From the NCBI GenBank assembly GCA_900320405.1, contig OOHM01000002.1, positions 159,211 through 223,210 on the forward strand: a stretch of 64,000 bases of DNA, read 5' to 3'. The notes under the pieces are model-generated. The model did not search any database, was not told where the DNA came from, and was given only the letters and a program-made list of their open reading frames with translations. The stretch comes from an uncultured Pseudomonadota bacterium (GTDB taxonomy: Bacteria > Pseudomonadota > Alphaproteobacteria > Rs-D84). Of this stretch, positions 1 to 9,638 are shown in pieces; position 1 is the stretch's first letter; every line of letters starts with the position of its first letter. The position numbers and the translations under genes are program-made.

Positions 1-1053
1 TCACCTTTAAGGCGATGTTTGTTTCGGCTTCTTTGAACAGGCGTTCGCCAATCATACGCGAAGTTAATTTTTTACCACTTTGTCCCGCCAATGGTGAAGT
101 GTTTACAAAGAAAGTCATTGTAAGGGTTGGTGGGTCAATTGGCATGGCCGGAATTGGTTCGGTGACCTCCGGTGCGCACAGTGTGTCGGCCACCGTTGCC
201 CGTGTAAACCCGGCAACGACGACAATGTCACCCGCAGATGCACTTTCGCGGGAAATTTTTTCAATTCCGCGGTGTTCGATAATTTTTGTAATTTTGGCGT
301 TTTCGATAAATTCGCCCTTCATATTTATTGCTTTGACCGATTGCCCAACACGAACAGTACCCGATTCGATTTTACCGGTAAGTATTCGGCCGACATACGG
401 GTCTGATTCTAATGTGGTGGCCAGCATAGTAAACGGTGCATCAATCATGCAACGCGTACCGTTGCAATCCGGTGCCGGCACATGGTCAACAATCAATTGG
501 AACAGTGGCGTTAAATCTTTGTGTTCGTCACTCAAATTGCGAACCGCCCAACCGTCGCGTCCAACCGCGTACAGGTATGGAAAATCCAGTTGCGCATCGT
601 CCGCACCCAATTTATCAAACAAATCAAATGTTTCGGACAGTACTTCATCCGGGCGGGCATCGGCACGGTCAACTTTATTGATGCAAACAATCGGGCGCAG
701 GCCAAGTTTTAACGCCTTGGACAATACGAATTTTGTTTGGGGCAGGGGGCCTTCGGCACTGTCCACCAATAACACAACACCATCAACCATTGATAAAATA
801 CGTTCAACTTCGCCGCCAAAGTCCGCGTGGCCCGGCGTATCCACAATATTGATTTTATAATCGTGCCACAGAACCGATGTGGGTTTTGCAGAAATTGTGA
901 TTCCGCGTTCGCGTTCAATATCGCCGCTGTCCATAACGCGGTCGTCAACGCGTTCGTTTTCACGGAATGTTCCCGCCTGTTTCAACATATTATCAACCAG
1001 GGTTGTTTTCCCGTGGTCAACGTGTGCGATAATTGCAATGTTTCTTATTTTCA
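1..1053 (-). CDS. typA: GTP-binding protein TypA/BipA (translational GTPase). The N-terminal ~350 aa are in the window; the C-terminus lies beyond the window start.
   Basis: Reverse-complement translation from the ATG at 1053 gives MKIRNIAIIAHVDHGKTTLVD...DTPGHADFGGEVER, the G1-G3 GTPase motifs typical of TypA. The + strand ORF 15-860 is its antisense artefact. Confidence 0.88.
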
Positions 1054-1186
1054 TACACTAAACCCTTTTTTAGCGAAAAATTTTATCACATATTTTCGTA
1101 TTTTCAACAAATTATAGCTGATTTTTTATAAAAAATTGACATTTTGCGCAGGTTTGGTATAAGTGAATCAAGAAAAAGGGCTGTCA

Positions 1187-1777
1187 ATGAAAACACTGCA
1201 AGAAATAAGAATGAAAAGACAACTAAATCGTGCCTTGGCGGAAAAGCCAAATTCTACGGTTGAAATGTATGCGACCATACGCGCAGTATTGGCGTGGTTT
1301 GTTGGCGCCGCAATGCAAGATATTATTAAAAATAAAATTGGTATGGTGGGGTCTAATACCGTTACGGATTCGTTGGAGTATATGGTGGCGGTTGCGGAAA
1401 ATCCGGAAAAATATTTTTCACGTGAATCGACAATTGCAGATTGGGATGCGCGTGCGATGGCATATGCAAAAAAATATGGGTTGCCGACCGGTGGTGGATG
1501 CGATGCGCATAATTTTGTGTGGAGCCCCGCAGATGTGGTACATATAAATACAACAAATGCAATATTTAATAATAAATTATCGTGTGAGTACCGTGATTTT
1601 TGTAAATTGGTTATGAATTGGGAATATAATCGCACGTCTGAAAATAAACAAGAATTGGCGGCGTCATATGCGCAAGCCCAGGAAATCGTCCGTATAGCCA
1701 ATAATATATTTGATAGAAAGAAACAAAATTTCTTTCTGCGTATGGTGGCCGGTTTTCGTTCCGCACGCGCACATTAA
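1187..1777 (+). CDS. Hypothetical protein (~196 aa) with no recognisable domain
   Basis: Open frame from six-frame ORF 1163-1777. I prefer the ATG at 1187 (MKTLQEIRM...), which has a weak purine-rich RBS. It is followed by a terminator. Confidence 0.45.
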   Translation: MKTLQEIRMKRQLNRALAEKPNSTVEMYATIRAVLAWFVGAAMQDIIKNKIGMVGSNTVTDSLEYMVAVAENPEKYFSRESTIADWDARAMAYAKKYGLPTGGGCDAHNFVWSPADVVHINTTNAIFNNKLSCEYRDFCKLVMNWEYNRTSENKQELAASYAQAQEIVRIANNIFDRKKQNFFLRMVAGFRSARAH

Positions 1778-1797
1778 AAAAATGATTGTAAAAAAAA

Positions 1798-1826
1798 TAC
1801 CGCCCAAACGGGCGGTTTTTTGTTTT
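1798..1826. terminator. Bidirectional rho-independent terminator between the hypothetical gene (+) and serS (-)
   Basis: ccgccc-aaac-gggcgg hairpin with a T-run after it and an A-run before it. Confidence 0.6.
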
Positions 1827-1936
1827 AATGTTTGCCACCAATCTTGGTTCTGCAGCCCATCCGCCTTCGCCGATAAGTGTCAAGTTTGTTTTGTAATTTT
1901 GAACAATGCTACGGCGAGATTGGGTGGAACGGATTA

Positions 1937-3217
1937 TCAGTGTTTACCACCGATTTTCGTGCGGCCACCCATTAATGGTTGCAATTTTTTCGGGATGTTG
2001 ACAGACCCATCGGCATTTTGATGGTTTTCAATTACCGGTACCAATGCGCGGGGCAGGGCGATTCCGGTGTTGTTCAATGTTGCGACAAATTTGACTTCGC
2101 CGGTTGCATTTTCGCGATAGCGTGTGTTTGTGCGACGTGCCTGAAACTGACCAATTGATGAACAAGAACCCAATTCACGATATGCATTTTCCGATGGGAA
2201 CCATGCCTCGACATCGTTCATTTTAACTTTGTTGAATCCCATATCGCCGGTACTGTTCGCGATAACGCGATATGGCAATTCCAAATCCGCCATAACCTCG
2301 CACAGGTTGTTTAACAAATGTTCGTGCATTTCATCACTTTGTTCGGGTGTGCAAAATACATATTGTTCAACTTTGTTAAATTGATGTACACGAACGATTC
2401 CGCGGGTGTCGCGACCGGCGGCACCGGCCTCTTTGCGGAAACATGGTGAAAAACCGGCATATTTTATCGGCAAATCATTTTCTGATAAAATTTCGTCCGC
2501 GTGCAAAGAATTCAAAACAATTTCCGCCGTTCCGGTCAGGCACCGGTCTGTATCGGTTAACATAAATACATCATTATTCATAACCGACAAATCGGAACCC
2601 ATAAAATGTCCCGCATTGAATATTGTTTGTGGTTTTGAAATAGATGGACATTCAATGTATTTGAAACCTTTGCCAATCAATTTTTGAATAACATATGTTT
2701 GAATTGCCAAAGATAATTCTGCGGCTTCGCCGGCCAGTGCGTAAACGCGTGTGCCACAAATTCCCGCGATTTTTTCCGGCATCCACCAACCATTCATATC
2801 CAACAATTCCCATTGTGGACGCGGTGTAAAATCAAAATTGCGTGGCGTGCCAACACGACGGATTTCCACGTTTGCAGAATCATCATCACCAACCGGTGCG
2901 GATGCGTCCGGGATTTGTGGAACGCGGTGCAAAAGGTCTATCAGCACGGCCTCTTTATCCGCAAGTTCCGCCATATCGTTTGCAATCTCTTCACTAATCT
3001 GTTTAGATTTTGCAATCAATGGGGCTTTATCGGTAGCGGTTGGGATTTCGCGTGATATTTTATTTTTTTCGGCGGTCTTGGTTTGGGTGATTGTTTTTAA
3101 TTCGCGTACACGTACGTCCAATGACAAAATATCGTCCACCACATCAGGAAAATTTTTGACCCGGCATGCATTTTTTACAATGTCCGGATTTTCACGAATA
3201 AATTTTATATCCAACAT
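1937..3217 (-). CDS. serS: Seryl-tRNA synthetase
   Basis: MLDIKFIRENPD... N-terminal coiled-coil arm plus class II aaRS core (FRKEAGAAGRDTRGIVRVHQF). The ATG at 3217 is preceded by aaaaggaaaaact. Confidence 0.93.
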   Translation of the reverse strand: MLDIKFIRENPDIVKNACRVKNFPDVVDDILSLDVRVRELKTITQTKTAEKNKISREIPTATDKAPLIAKSKQISEEIANDMAELADKEAVLIDLLHRVPQIPDASAPVGDDDSANVEIRRVGTPRNFDFTPRPQWELLDMNGWWMPEKIAGICGTRVYALAGEAAELSLAIQTYVIQKLIGKGFKYIECPSISKPQTIFNAGHFMGSDLSVMNNDVFMLTDTDRCLTGTAEIVLNSLHADEILSENDLPIKYAGFSPCFRKEAGAAGRDTRGIVRVHQFNKVEQYVFCTPEQSDEMHEHLLNNLCEVMADLELPYRVIANSTGDMGFNKVKMNDVEAWFPSENAYRELGSCSSIGQFQARRTNTRYRENATGEVKFVATLNNTGIALPRALVPVIENHQNADGSVNIPKKLQPLMGGRTKIGGKH

Positions 3218-3228
3218 AGTTTTTCCTT

Positions 3229-4134
3229 TTATTGTGCGTTTTTGTTCAGGTACGCAATTGCATCCATTGCCGCGGTGCACCCTGTACCGACCGCCGTTGC
3301 AATTTGCATTTTAATATTTGAATGAACATCGCCCGCAATGAACATACCCGCCGGTAATGCATTCGGGGCAATGCGACCCATATCGTCGCGTTTAATGTCT
3401 TCGGTTAAATAATCTGTATTGGCTTCGTGCCCAATTGCGACAAAGATTCCATCGCAAATAATTTGTTCATTATTTGTCGTTGTTGCAATCAATTCGCCAG
3501 TCTCAGAATTCGGGCGCGCTGATATTGATTTTAATTCGGTATTAAATATACATTCAATGTTTTTGCGTTCCGCAACGCGGTTACGAATAATTTCTTCGGC
3601 GCGTGTAAATGAAGATTTGCGATAAATTATTTTTACCGTCTTGGCAATGTCCGCCAAATACAGTGCGTCGTTTAATGCGGAATTTCCGCCGCCGATAACC
3701 AATACGGTTTTTCCAGAATAGAAAAATCCGTCACATGTTGCGCAATATGAAACCCCGCGACCAAAGAATTCGCGTGCGCCCGCAATTTCCAATTTGCGTG
3801 GCGATGCGCCCGTTGCCAAAATTATGGCGCGTGTTTCGTATTCGTGGCCGTGCGTATCGGTCACGATAAATGTTCCATTTTCACCGTTTTTAATATTTGC
3901 GGCGGTTTTCATTTGAACCTTGATTCCAAAAGATTCGGCCTGATTTTTCATAAATTCAATCAGTTCCAAACCGGAACCCCGCCATCCCGGGTAATTTTCC
4001 AATGTGGCAATTCCCGCCGTTTGACCGCCCAGTGTATCGCCACCCATAACCAGTGTATTTTTGTTTGCACGACCGCAATAAATTGCCGCCGTTAAACCCG
4101 CGGGACCCGATCCCAATATAATAACATCATACAT
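3229..4134 (-). CDS. trxB: Thioredoxin-disulfide reductase
   Basis: MYDVIILGSGPAGLTAA FAD-binding motif, CATC redox-active site, GGGNSA NADPH-binding motif. Confidence 0.93.
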   Translation of the reverse strand: MYDVIILGSGPAGLTAAIYCGRANKNTLVMGGDTLGGQTAGIATLENYPGWRGSGLELIEFMKNQAESFGIKVQMKTAANIKNGENGTFIVTDTHGHEYETRAIILATGASPRKLEIAGAREFFGRGVSYCATCDGFFYSGKTVLVIGGGNSALNDALYLADIAKTVKIIYRKSSFTRAEEIIRNRVAERKNIECIFNTELKSISARPNSETGELIATTTNNEQIICDGIFVAIGHEANTDYLTEDIKRDDMGRIAPNALPAGMFIAGDVHSNIKMQIATAVGTGCTAAMDAIAYLNKNAQ

Positions 4135-4207
4135 ATTTCATATTCCTTTGTGCGTATAAACATATCACAAGAGCGTGGCGCGCGCCATAAAAAATTGGTT
4201 ATTTTTC

Positions 4208-4699
4208 TTACTTGCCAAAATGTTTTTTTAGTGTCTGGTACGCGGACGATATTTGTGTAAATTCGGTGCCGGTTGATTTGCCATTGGCGGTATCGGGGTG
4301 ATATTTTTTTGCAAGCGTTCGATATTTGGCCCCAATTTCACGCCAAGATGCCGTAATTGGTAACCCCAGTGTTTGGAATGCGGCGGTTATATTCGCCGGC
4401 AAAGATTTCTTTGGTGGCATTTTATCAAATGTGCTGCGTCCCGTTATAAAATCATTCAAAAACTTTATATATTCCGCGGAATCTTGTTCAGAACGTTTTT
4501 TTATCGGTTCGCCAAATGTTTGCCGTTCCCAATCTTCTTCGATTTCTTCGGGTGTCATATCGGCATAGAAATTCCAATTTTTATTATATTCGGCCGCGTG
4601 TTCTTGGCAAAAATTCCAATATTCGCGCAAATCGCGTGTTTTCGGTGCGCGGCACGTGCCGGCACGTTGGCATCCCGGAAAATCACATTTTTTTATCAT
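4208..4699 (-). CDS. J-domain protein: N-terminal Cys-rich Zn-ribbon-like segment plus C-terminal DnaJ J-domain (HPD)
   Basis: N-terminus CDFPGC...C...FCQEH. C-terminus REIGAKYRTLAKKYHPDTANG, with the HPD tripeptide. Confidence 0.65.
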   Translation of the reverse strand: MIKKCDFPGCQRAGTCRAPKTRDLREYWNFCQEHAAEYNKNWNFYADMTPEEIEEDWERQTFGEPIKKRSEQDSAEYIKFLNDFITGRSTFDKMPPKKSLPANITAAFQTLGLPITASWREIGAKYRTLAKKYHPDTANGKSTGTEFTQISSAYQTLKKHFGK

Positions 4700-5562
4700 T
4701 TCTTATTAGCCTTGATTTGGGACAATGGATGGTGTTCGGCAACAACTGCGGTTAATTTTTCGGGTAATACGTGAGTATAAATTTGCGTTGTGGAAATATC
4801 TTCGTGCCCCAACATTGTTTGTATTGCACGCAGGTTTGCGCCGTGTGCAAGAAGATGTGACGCGAACGAATGTCGCAATACATGCGGGGTCACGCGTCGC
4901 GGGTCAATTCCGGCCAATACCGCACATTTTTTTAATATCTTGAAAAAACCGTCGCGCGTGATGTGGCCCGATTTGGAATTTGATGGAAATACATATTTTG
5001 AATCGACATCACCGCGAATGTTCAACCATTTTTCCAATGCGTGTCGTGCAGATTCGTGCACCGGAACAATACGTTCTTTGGCGCCTTTGCCGTGAATCAA
5101 TAATCGGTCACCAAGGTTTGCCGTCATTGGTAATTCACACAGTTCGGAAACGCGCAGTCCCGACGCATACAATAATTCAATCATTGCGCGCAGGCGTACC
5201 GATGTGCGAATGTCGCCCGCGGACGATATTAATAATTCTATTTCTTCAAGTGTTAATAATTTTGGTAATGATTTCGCGCGTTTCGGTAATTCCAGGTTGG
5301 TTGTTGGATTTGTATCGATAATTTTTTCCAACATTAAAAATTTATAAAAACTGCGCAGGGCACTTGCCCGCCGGGCAACCGATGATGCGCATATATTTGC
5401 ATCGCCCAGGTATGATTGTATATCGGTTTCGGTTGCGTTCAATAAACCATTTGGCAACGCCGCGTCTGCGTGATTCAAATCGTTCGCGTATGCCGAAAGT
5501 GTATTTCGACTGCGGCCCTTTTCGGCGGACATGGCTTCTAAAAATATATCAATGTATTTCAT
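4696..5562 (-). CDS. xerD: Tyrosine site-specific recombinase XerD/XerC family (chromosome dimer resolution)
   Basis: Core-binding N-terminus (TLSAYANDL) and C-terminal catalytic motifs LRHSFASHLL...LGHEDISTTQIYTHV. Its start overlaps the preceding stop by 4 nt. Confidence 0.85.
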   Translation of the reverse strand: MKYIDIFLEAMSAEKGRSRNTLSAYANDLNHADAALPNGLLNATETDIQSYLGDANICASSVARRASALRSFYKFLMLEKIIDTNPTTNLELPKRAKSLPKLLTLEEIELLISSAGDIRTSVRLRAMIELLYASGLRVSELCELPMTANLGDRLLIHGKGAKERIVPVHESARHALEKWLNIRGDVDSKYVFPSNSKSGHITRDGFFKILKKCAVLAGIDPRRVTPHVLRHSFASHLLAHGANLRAIQTMLGHEDISTTQIYTHVLPEKLTAVVAEHHPLSQIKANKK

Positions 5563-5575
5563 TGTCTATGTTTGA

Positions 5576-5707
5576 TTATTGATATAAAACGACTTCGGTA
5601 ACATGTTGGGTCGGTGGAAAATATATTATCATTAAAATCAACAATATAATGATAAGTGTCCACATAATAACTTTGTTGCGTACGGTATTTTTCTTGCGTA
5701 ATGGCAT
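5576..5707 (-). CDS. Small (43 aa) predicted single-pass membrane protein, not in the ORF track
   Basis: ATG at 5707 preceded by a perfect AAGGAGG RBS at the proper spacing. Translation is MPLRKKNTVRNKVIMWTLIIILLILMIIYFPPTQHVTEVVLYQ, a basic N-terminus followed by a hydrophobic helix. It lies between the lptF/G-type permease gene and xerD on the same strand. Confidence 0.4.
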   Translation of the reverse strand: MPLRKKNTVRNKVIMWTLIIILLILMIIYFPPTQHVTEVVLYQ

Positions 5708-5724
5708 AATGCCTCCTTTTGGTT

Positions 5725-6783
5725 TTATATGGTGTCAAAACTTGCGATAAATACCCCGGATGCAGATATAATAATAAGGGGTGGTGCAATAATGGCCAAT
5801 AATGTTGGTAATGTTCCGTTCGCGCCCAAAACACTAAATATGTTCAACAGAAAGTATAATACAAAACATGTTAATATTCCAAGACTGAATTTAAGTCCAA
5901 AACTGTGGTTGCGGCGTTGACGGGTTTGCGAAAATGCCGCGCCCAATGTTGCCATCGCAATCATTGTTAACGGCAAAAACAGCAGTGTCCAAAATTGAAC
6001 CAAATGTCCACGTACGGAAATACCAATGTCCGACATTTTTGTTATGAACGCCGGTAATTTCCAGAAGGATATTTGGTCGGGTTGCAAATATCGGTCCAGT
6101 ACGGTTTGTGGTGTGATGCGTGTGTCGATACGCCACGCACCAATGTGGGTTTTACCGTTGTCATCCAATATGGTTGCGCGTGTGGTTTCTAACCCGGTTT
6201 CGGATAATGTTATTTTATCTGTATCGATACGATTATTTAATTTGAATTCGGTGTTTTGAACATATATTGTTGTATTAAAAAACACAAGGTTGTCGCCATC
6301 TTTCTTCATATTTTTTGCGACCATCGTTATGTACCCGTTGTCCGAAGATTCGCGCAACCATATCGCATCGTCAACCAATTTCAATTTTTCGTCTGTGATG
6401 TTTTCTGAACCCAATTTTACCGCGTACGGGTTTATTACGGTTGTTGCGAATACACCGATTAAAAACGCCCCCAACAGAAATGGTCGGGCCTTTTGATATG
6501 GCGACAGACCCGCGGCGGATATAATAACGCCTTCGCTGGAACGGGTAAGGGTATAGTACGCGACCAATGTTCCCATAAATACCGCCAATGGTAAAAACAG
6601 TGGCACATATTCAATCAAACGAACCCATGCATCATTCAATGCGGCAAATATTGTTGGATTGCTGGGCAAACGTTCTACAAATGTGACGGCAAAGATAATT
6701 CCGCATACAACCAACAACACCAATCCCACGCCACCGAAAAATCGGCGGAATAAAAATCGTGATAAGATTCTTGTTTTAGCCAT
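5725..6783 (-). CDS. LPS export ABC permease, LptF/LptG (YjgP/YjgQ) family
   Basis: 352 aa. N-terminal TM bundle, central periplasmic beta-jellyroll region and C-terminal TM helices typical of LptF/LptG. Confidence 0.8.
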   Translation of the reverse strand: MAKTRILSRFLFRRFFGGVGLVLLVVCGIIFAVTFVERLPSNPTIFAALNDAWVRLIEYVPLFLPLAVFMGTLVAYYTLTRSSEGVIISAAGLSPYQKARPFLLGAFLIGVFATTVINPYAVKLGSENITDEKLKLVDDAIWLRESSDNGYITMVAKNMKKDGDNLVFFNTTIYVQNTEFKLNNRIDTDKITLSETGLETTRATILDDNGKTHIGAWRIDTRITPQTVLDRYLQPDQISFWKLPAFITKMSDIGISVRGHLVQFWTLLFLPLTMIAMATLGAAFSQTRQRRNHSFGLKFSLGILTCFVLYFLLNIFSVLGANGTLPTLLAIIAPPLIIISASGVFIASFDTI

Positions 6784-6896
6784 TTGTTTTTTAATTTATT
6801 GATATCAATCAGAAAATTATAGCCTGTTTAATTCCCAATTGCAAAATTAAAATGAATATTTATAATATCCACATAAAAATAATAGGAAGTACAGAA

Positions 6897-7367
6897 ATGG
6901 ATAAGAAACCAATTTCAAGACAAGGATTTGAGGCCTTGGTCAAAGAATTGAAACAATTACAGGAAGTGGAACGTCCGGAAATATTAAAGGTTGTCCAATG
7001 GGCGCGTTCATTGGGCGATTTATCGGAAAACGCCGATTACAGTGCCGCCCGTGAAAGACAACGCGAAATAGACAAACGCATTCAATACATTGAAAATTTT
7101 ATAAACAATGCGTCGGTGATTGATGTTGATAACTTGTCGGGGGACCGGGTCGTTTTTGGCGCGCGCGTTTTGTGCGAAGATGAAAATGGAAATCGTATGC
7201 AATGTCGCATTTTGTCCGATATAGAATCGGATGGAAAACAGGTTATATCGTGTACTTCGCCGGTGGGGCGTGCGTTAATTGGACGATGTGTTGGTGATAC
7301 ATGCGTTGTGCGGTTGCCATCCGGTGAACGCGAGTATGAAATATTGGATATTAAATTCAAAGAATAA
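6897..7367 (+). CDS. greA: Transcription elongation factor GreA
   Basis: MDKKPISRQGFEALVKELKQL... coiled-coil N-terminus plus C-terminal FKBP-like domain. RBS aggaag upstream of 6897. Confidence 0.9.
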   Translation: MDKKPISRQGFEALVKELKQLQEVERPEILKVVQWARSLGDLSENADYSAARERQREIDKRIQYIENFINNASVIDVDNLSGDRVVFGARVLCEDENGNRMQCRILSDIESDGKQVISCTSPVGRALIGRCVGDTCVVRLPSGEREYEILDIKFKE

Positions 7368-7376
7368 GGATTAAAT

Positions 7377-9131
7377 TTGTCTGTTCGTTTGTTGCCTGAT
7401 TATTTGGTCAATCAAATTGCCGCCGGTGAAGTGGTTGAAAATGGCGCAAGCGTTGTCAAAGAAACGGTCGAAAACGCATTGGATGCGGGTGCGGACCAGA
7501 TTATCATTGATGTTGTCGATGGCGGGCGTACATTGATAAACATTGTTGATAATGGCGGCGGAATGTCGCGTGATGATTTGGAAAAATGCATTCAACGACA
7601 TGCAACATCTAAATTGCCCGATGATAATTTGTTGAATATAAACTTTATGGGTTTCCGGGGCGAGGCATTACCATCAATCGCGTCTGTGTCCGATATGACA
7701 ATCGATACATGTAATGGTGCCGATTCGAACGGTTGGCATTTGGATTGTAATACCGGCGATGTTCGACCGTCTGATTGGCAAAGTGGTACGCGAATTCGCG
7801 TGCAAAATTTATTTGCAAAAACACCGGCGCGATTAAAGTTTTTGCGGGGTGATCGTGCGGAAACGATGTCAATATTGGATGTTGTAAAACGCCTGGCCTT
7901 GGCGCGAACGGATGTCGGTTTTGTTTTGAATAACAAATGGCGATTTCCAAAAAATCAAGATTTGATGGAACGCATAGTTGCCGTTATGGGTGAAGATGTG
8001 CGTGGCCGTATGTTGCCGGTTGATACAGAATCTGGGTCGGCGTCGGGTATGAAATTGTCGGGGTATATTTCCGACCCAACATTGCGGCGCGCATCGTCTG
8101 TGGATCAATTCTTGTTTGTAAATGGCCGGCCGGTCAAAGATAAAGTTTTGGTTGGTGCGTTGCGTGCGGCATATATGGATGTTATGCATGCACGGGAATT
8201 TCCGCTGTGCGCGTTATATTTGAATTTGCCGAACGAAATGGTTGATGTAAATGTTTCGCCCACAAAAACCGAAGTGCATTTTTTAGAACCGAATCACGTG
8301 CGCGCATTTATTATAAAAAGTCTGCGTGAAGTTTTGGCAAAAACAATGGTGCCGAATGCGCCCGTTGCGAATGACGGCAAAATGTATTTTCGCGAATCGT
8401 TTGGTTCAAATACGAACGCGCATATAAATCGGTCGGTGTCGGCGGTGTTTCAACCACGGCCGGTAAACAGTGGATTTTTTACAGAAAATAAAAATCCGGA
8501 CTTTGATAATTCTGTATCGGTGCACGCCGTGCCACGGACGGATACAAATGTGGACGATATTTTTGAAAATCGACCCTTGGGGCGCGTGGTTGGGCAAATT
8601 GCAAATAAATATATATTGGCGGCGACGGCGGACAGTTTGGTTGTTGTTGACCAACACGCCGCGCACGAACGCATAACATATGAAAAAATGCGCAAACACG
8701 AAATAAAATCACAACCTTTATTGACACCGATTGTTGTTCAAATGCGTGCCGAAGATGTTGTGGCAATTTTATCGGTTGCGGATGAAATGCGTGCATCCGG
8801 TTTGGCGGTGGATGCGTTTGGCGATGACGCCATTGCGATTTTTGAAAAACCGGCGGATTGGGATATGAATTGGGCGAATGTTTTACACGATATCGCGGAC
8901 GAGGTTCGTGCATACGGTCATTCTGCACAATTAAATGAAAAATTGCATTTGAAATTGGCAAACCACGCGTGTCATCATTCGGTGCGTGCGGGGCAAAAAT
9001 TAAATTTTGAACAAATGGACGCTTTGTTGCGTGATATTGAACGCACCGAACACGGTGGTGAATGTAATCACGGCCGCCCGGTGTATAAATTTATCCCGTT
9101 GACGGAAATAGATACTTGGTTTGAAAGATAG
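7377..9131 (+). CDS. mutL: DNA mismatch repair protein MutL
   Basis: LPDYLVNQIAAGEVVE (GHKL ATPase N-terminus), a DGGRTLINIVDNGGGM motif and a C-terminal dimerisation/endonuclease region. TTG start at 7377 directly after the greA stop. Confidence 0.9.
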   Translation: MSVRLLPDYLVNQIAAGEVVENGASVVKETVENALDAGADQIIIDVVDGGRTLINIVDNGGGMSRDDLEKCIQRHATSKLPDDNLLNINFMGFRGEALPSIASVSDMTIDTCNGADSNGWHLDCNTGDVRPSDWQSGTRIRVQNLFAKTPARLKFLRGDRAETMSILDVVKRLALARTDVGFVLNNKWRFPKNQDLMERIVAVMGEDVRGRMLPVDTESGSASGMKLSGYISDPTLRRASSVDQFLFVNGRPVKDKVLVGALRAAYMDVMHAREFPLCALYLNLPNEMVDVNVSPTKTEVHFLEPNHVRAFIIKSLREVLAKTMVPNAPVANDGKMYFRESFGSNTNAHINRSVSAVFQPRPVNSGFFTENKNPDFDNSVSVHAVPRTDTNVDDIFENRPLGRVVGQIANKYILAATADSLVVVDQHAAHERITYEKMRKHEIKSQPLLTPIVVQMRAEDVVAILSVADEMRASGLAVDAFGDDAIAIFEKPADWDMNWANVLHDIADEVRAYGHSAQLNEKLHLKLANHACHHSVRAGQKLNFEQMDALLRDIERTEHGGECNHGRPVYKFIPLTEIDTWFER

Positions 9132-9183
9132 GTGTTGGTGGGGATTTGCGTTCGCAACCAATCGCGACGGGGTGATAGTGAAG

Positions 9184-9203
9184 ACGGGCGCGCCCGTTTT
9201 TTT
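9184..9203 (+). terminator. Rho-independent terminator after mutL
   Basis: acgggcgcgcccgt palindrome followed by tttttt. Confidence 0.5.
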
Positions 9204-9308
9204 ATTGCAAAATAAATTCCAGATTATCGCCATCCCGCCACTTTTCCCTTTACTTTTTGGGCTTTTTTTTCTATTCTGAGCGCATAAATAATAAAAAGGA
9301 GAAAACAT

Positions 9309-9623
9309 ATGGAAGAAGTTCAGGTCGTTGATTCTGTCGCAAATTCTGGAAATGTCGCCGCGCAAGGTGGCGGTTGGGGAACCCTGTTCGTGTACTGTTT
9401 GGTTGTATTCGCAATCGTATATTTCCTTATGGTGCGACCAAATAAAAAACGTATGGCCGAATATCAAAAAATGATTGATTCTATTAAGGTTGGTGATCGT
9501 GTTATGGCTGCCGGAATCTATGGCAAAGTAAAGAAAATCGAAAACGATAAAATCGAGATGGAAATTGCCAAAGGCGTTGTTATCGAAGTAAATAAAAACG
9601 CCATCGGTGCGGTTGAAAAATAA
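9309..9623 (+). CDS. yajC: Preprotein translocase subunit YajC
   Basis: 104 aa, one TM helix (LFVYCLVVFAIVYFLMVRPNKKR) and a conserved C-terminal domain. Located upstream of secDF. Confidence 0.88.
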   Translation: MEEVQVVDSVANSGNVAAQGGGWGTLFVYCLVVFAIVYFLMVRPNKKRMAEYQKMIDSIKVGDRVMAAGIYGKVKKIENDKIEMEIAKGVVIEVNKNAIGAVEK

Positions 9624-9638
9624 TCGGGGGTGTATGTT

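Noticed and set aside
15-860. 281-aa + strand ORF at the window start
   Set aside because: It is antisense to a clear typA/bipA GTPase gene (MKIRNIAIIAHVDHGKTTLVD... from 1053 downwards). Its composition is typical of a shadow ORF.
4696-5562. xerD as evidence of an integrative element or genomic island
   Set aside because: The sequence has the full XerC/D-type chromosomal dimer-resolution signature. It sits in a housekeeping context (lptF/G-type permease gene, J-domain protein, trxB). No att-like direct repeats or phage genes are nearby.
5559-5834. 91-aa minus-strand ORF overlapping the lptF/G-type permease gene's 3' end and the xerD start region
   Set aside because: It is in a different frame from, and largely overlaps, the better-supported 43-codon ORF (5576-5707), which has a perfect RBS. 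It also overlaps the 3' end of the lptF/G-type permease gene. Its His/Tyr/Pro-rich translation looks like noise.
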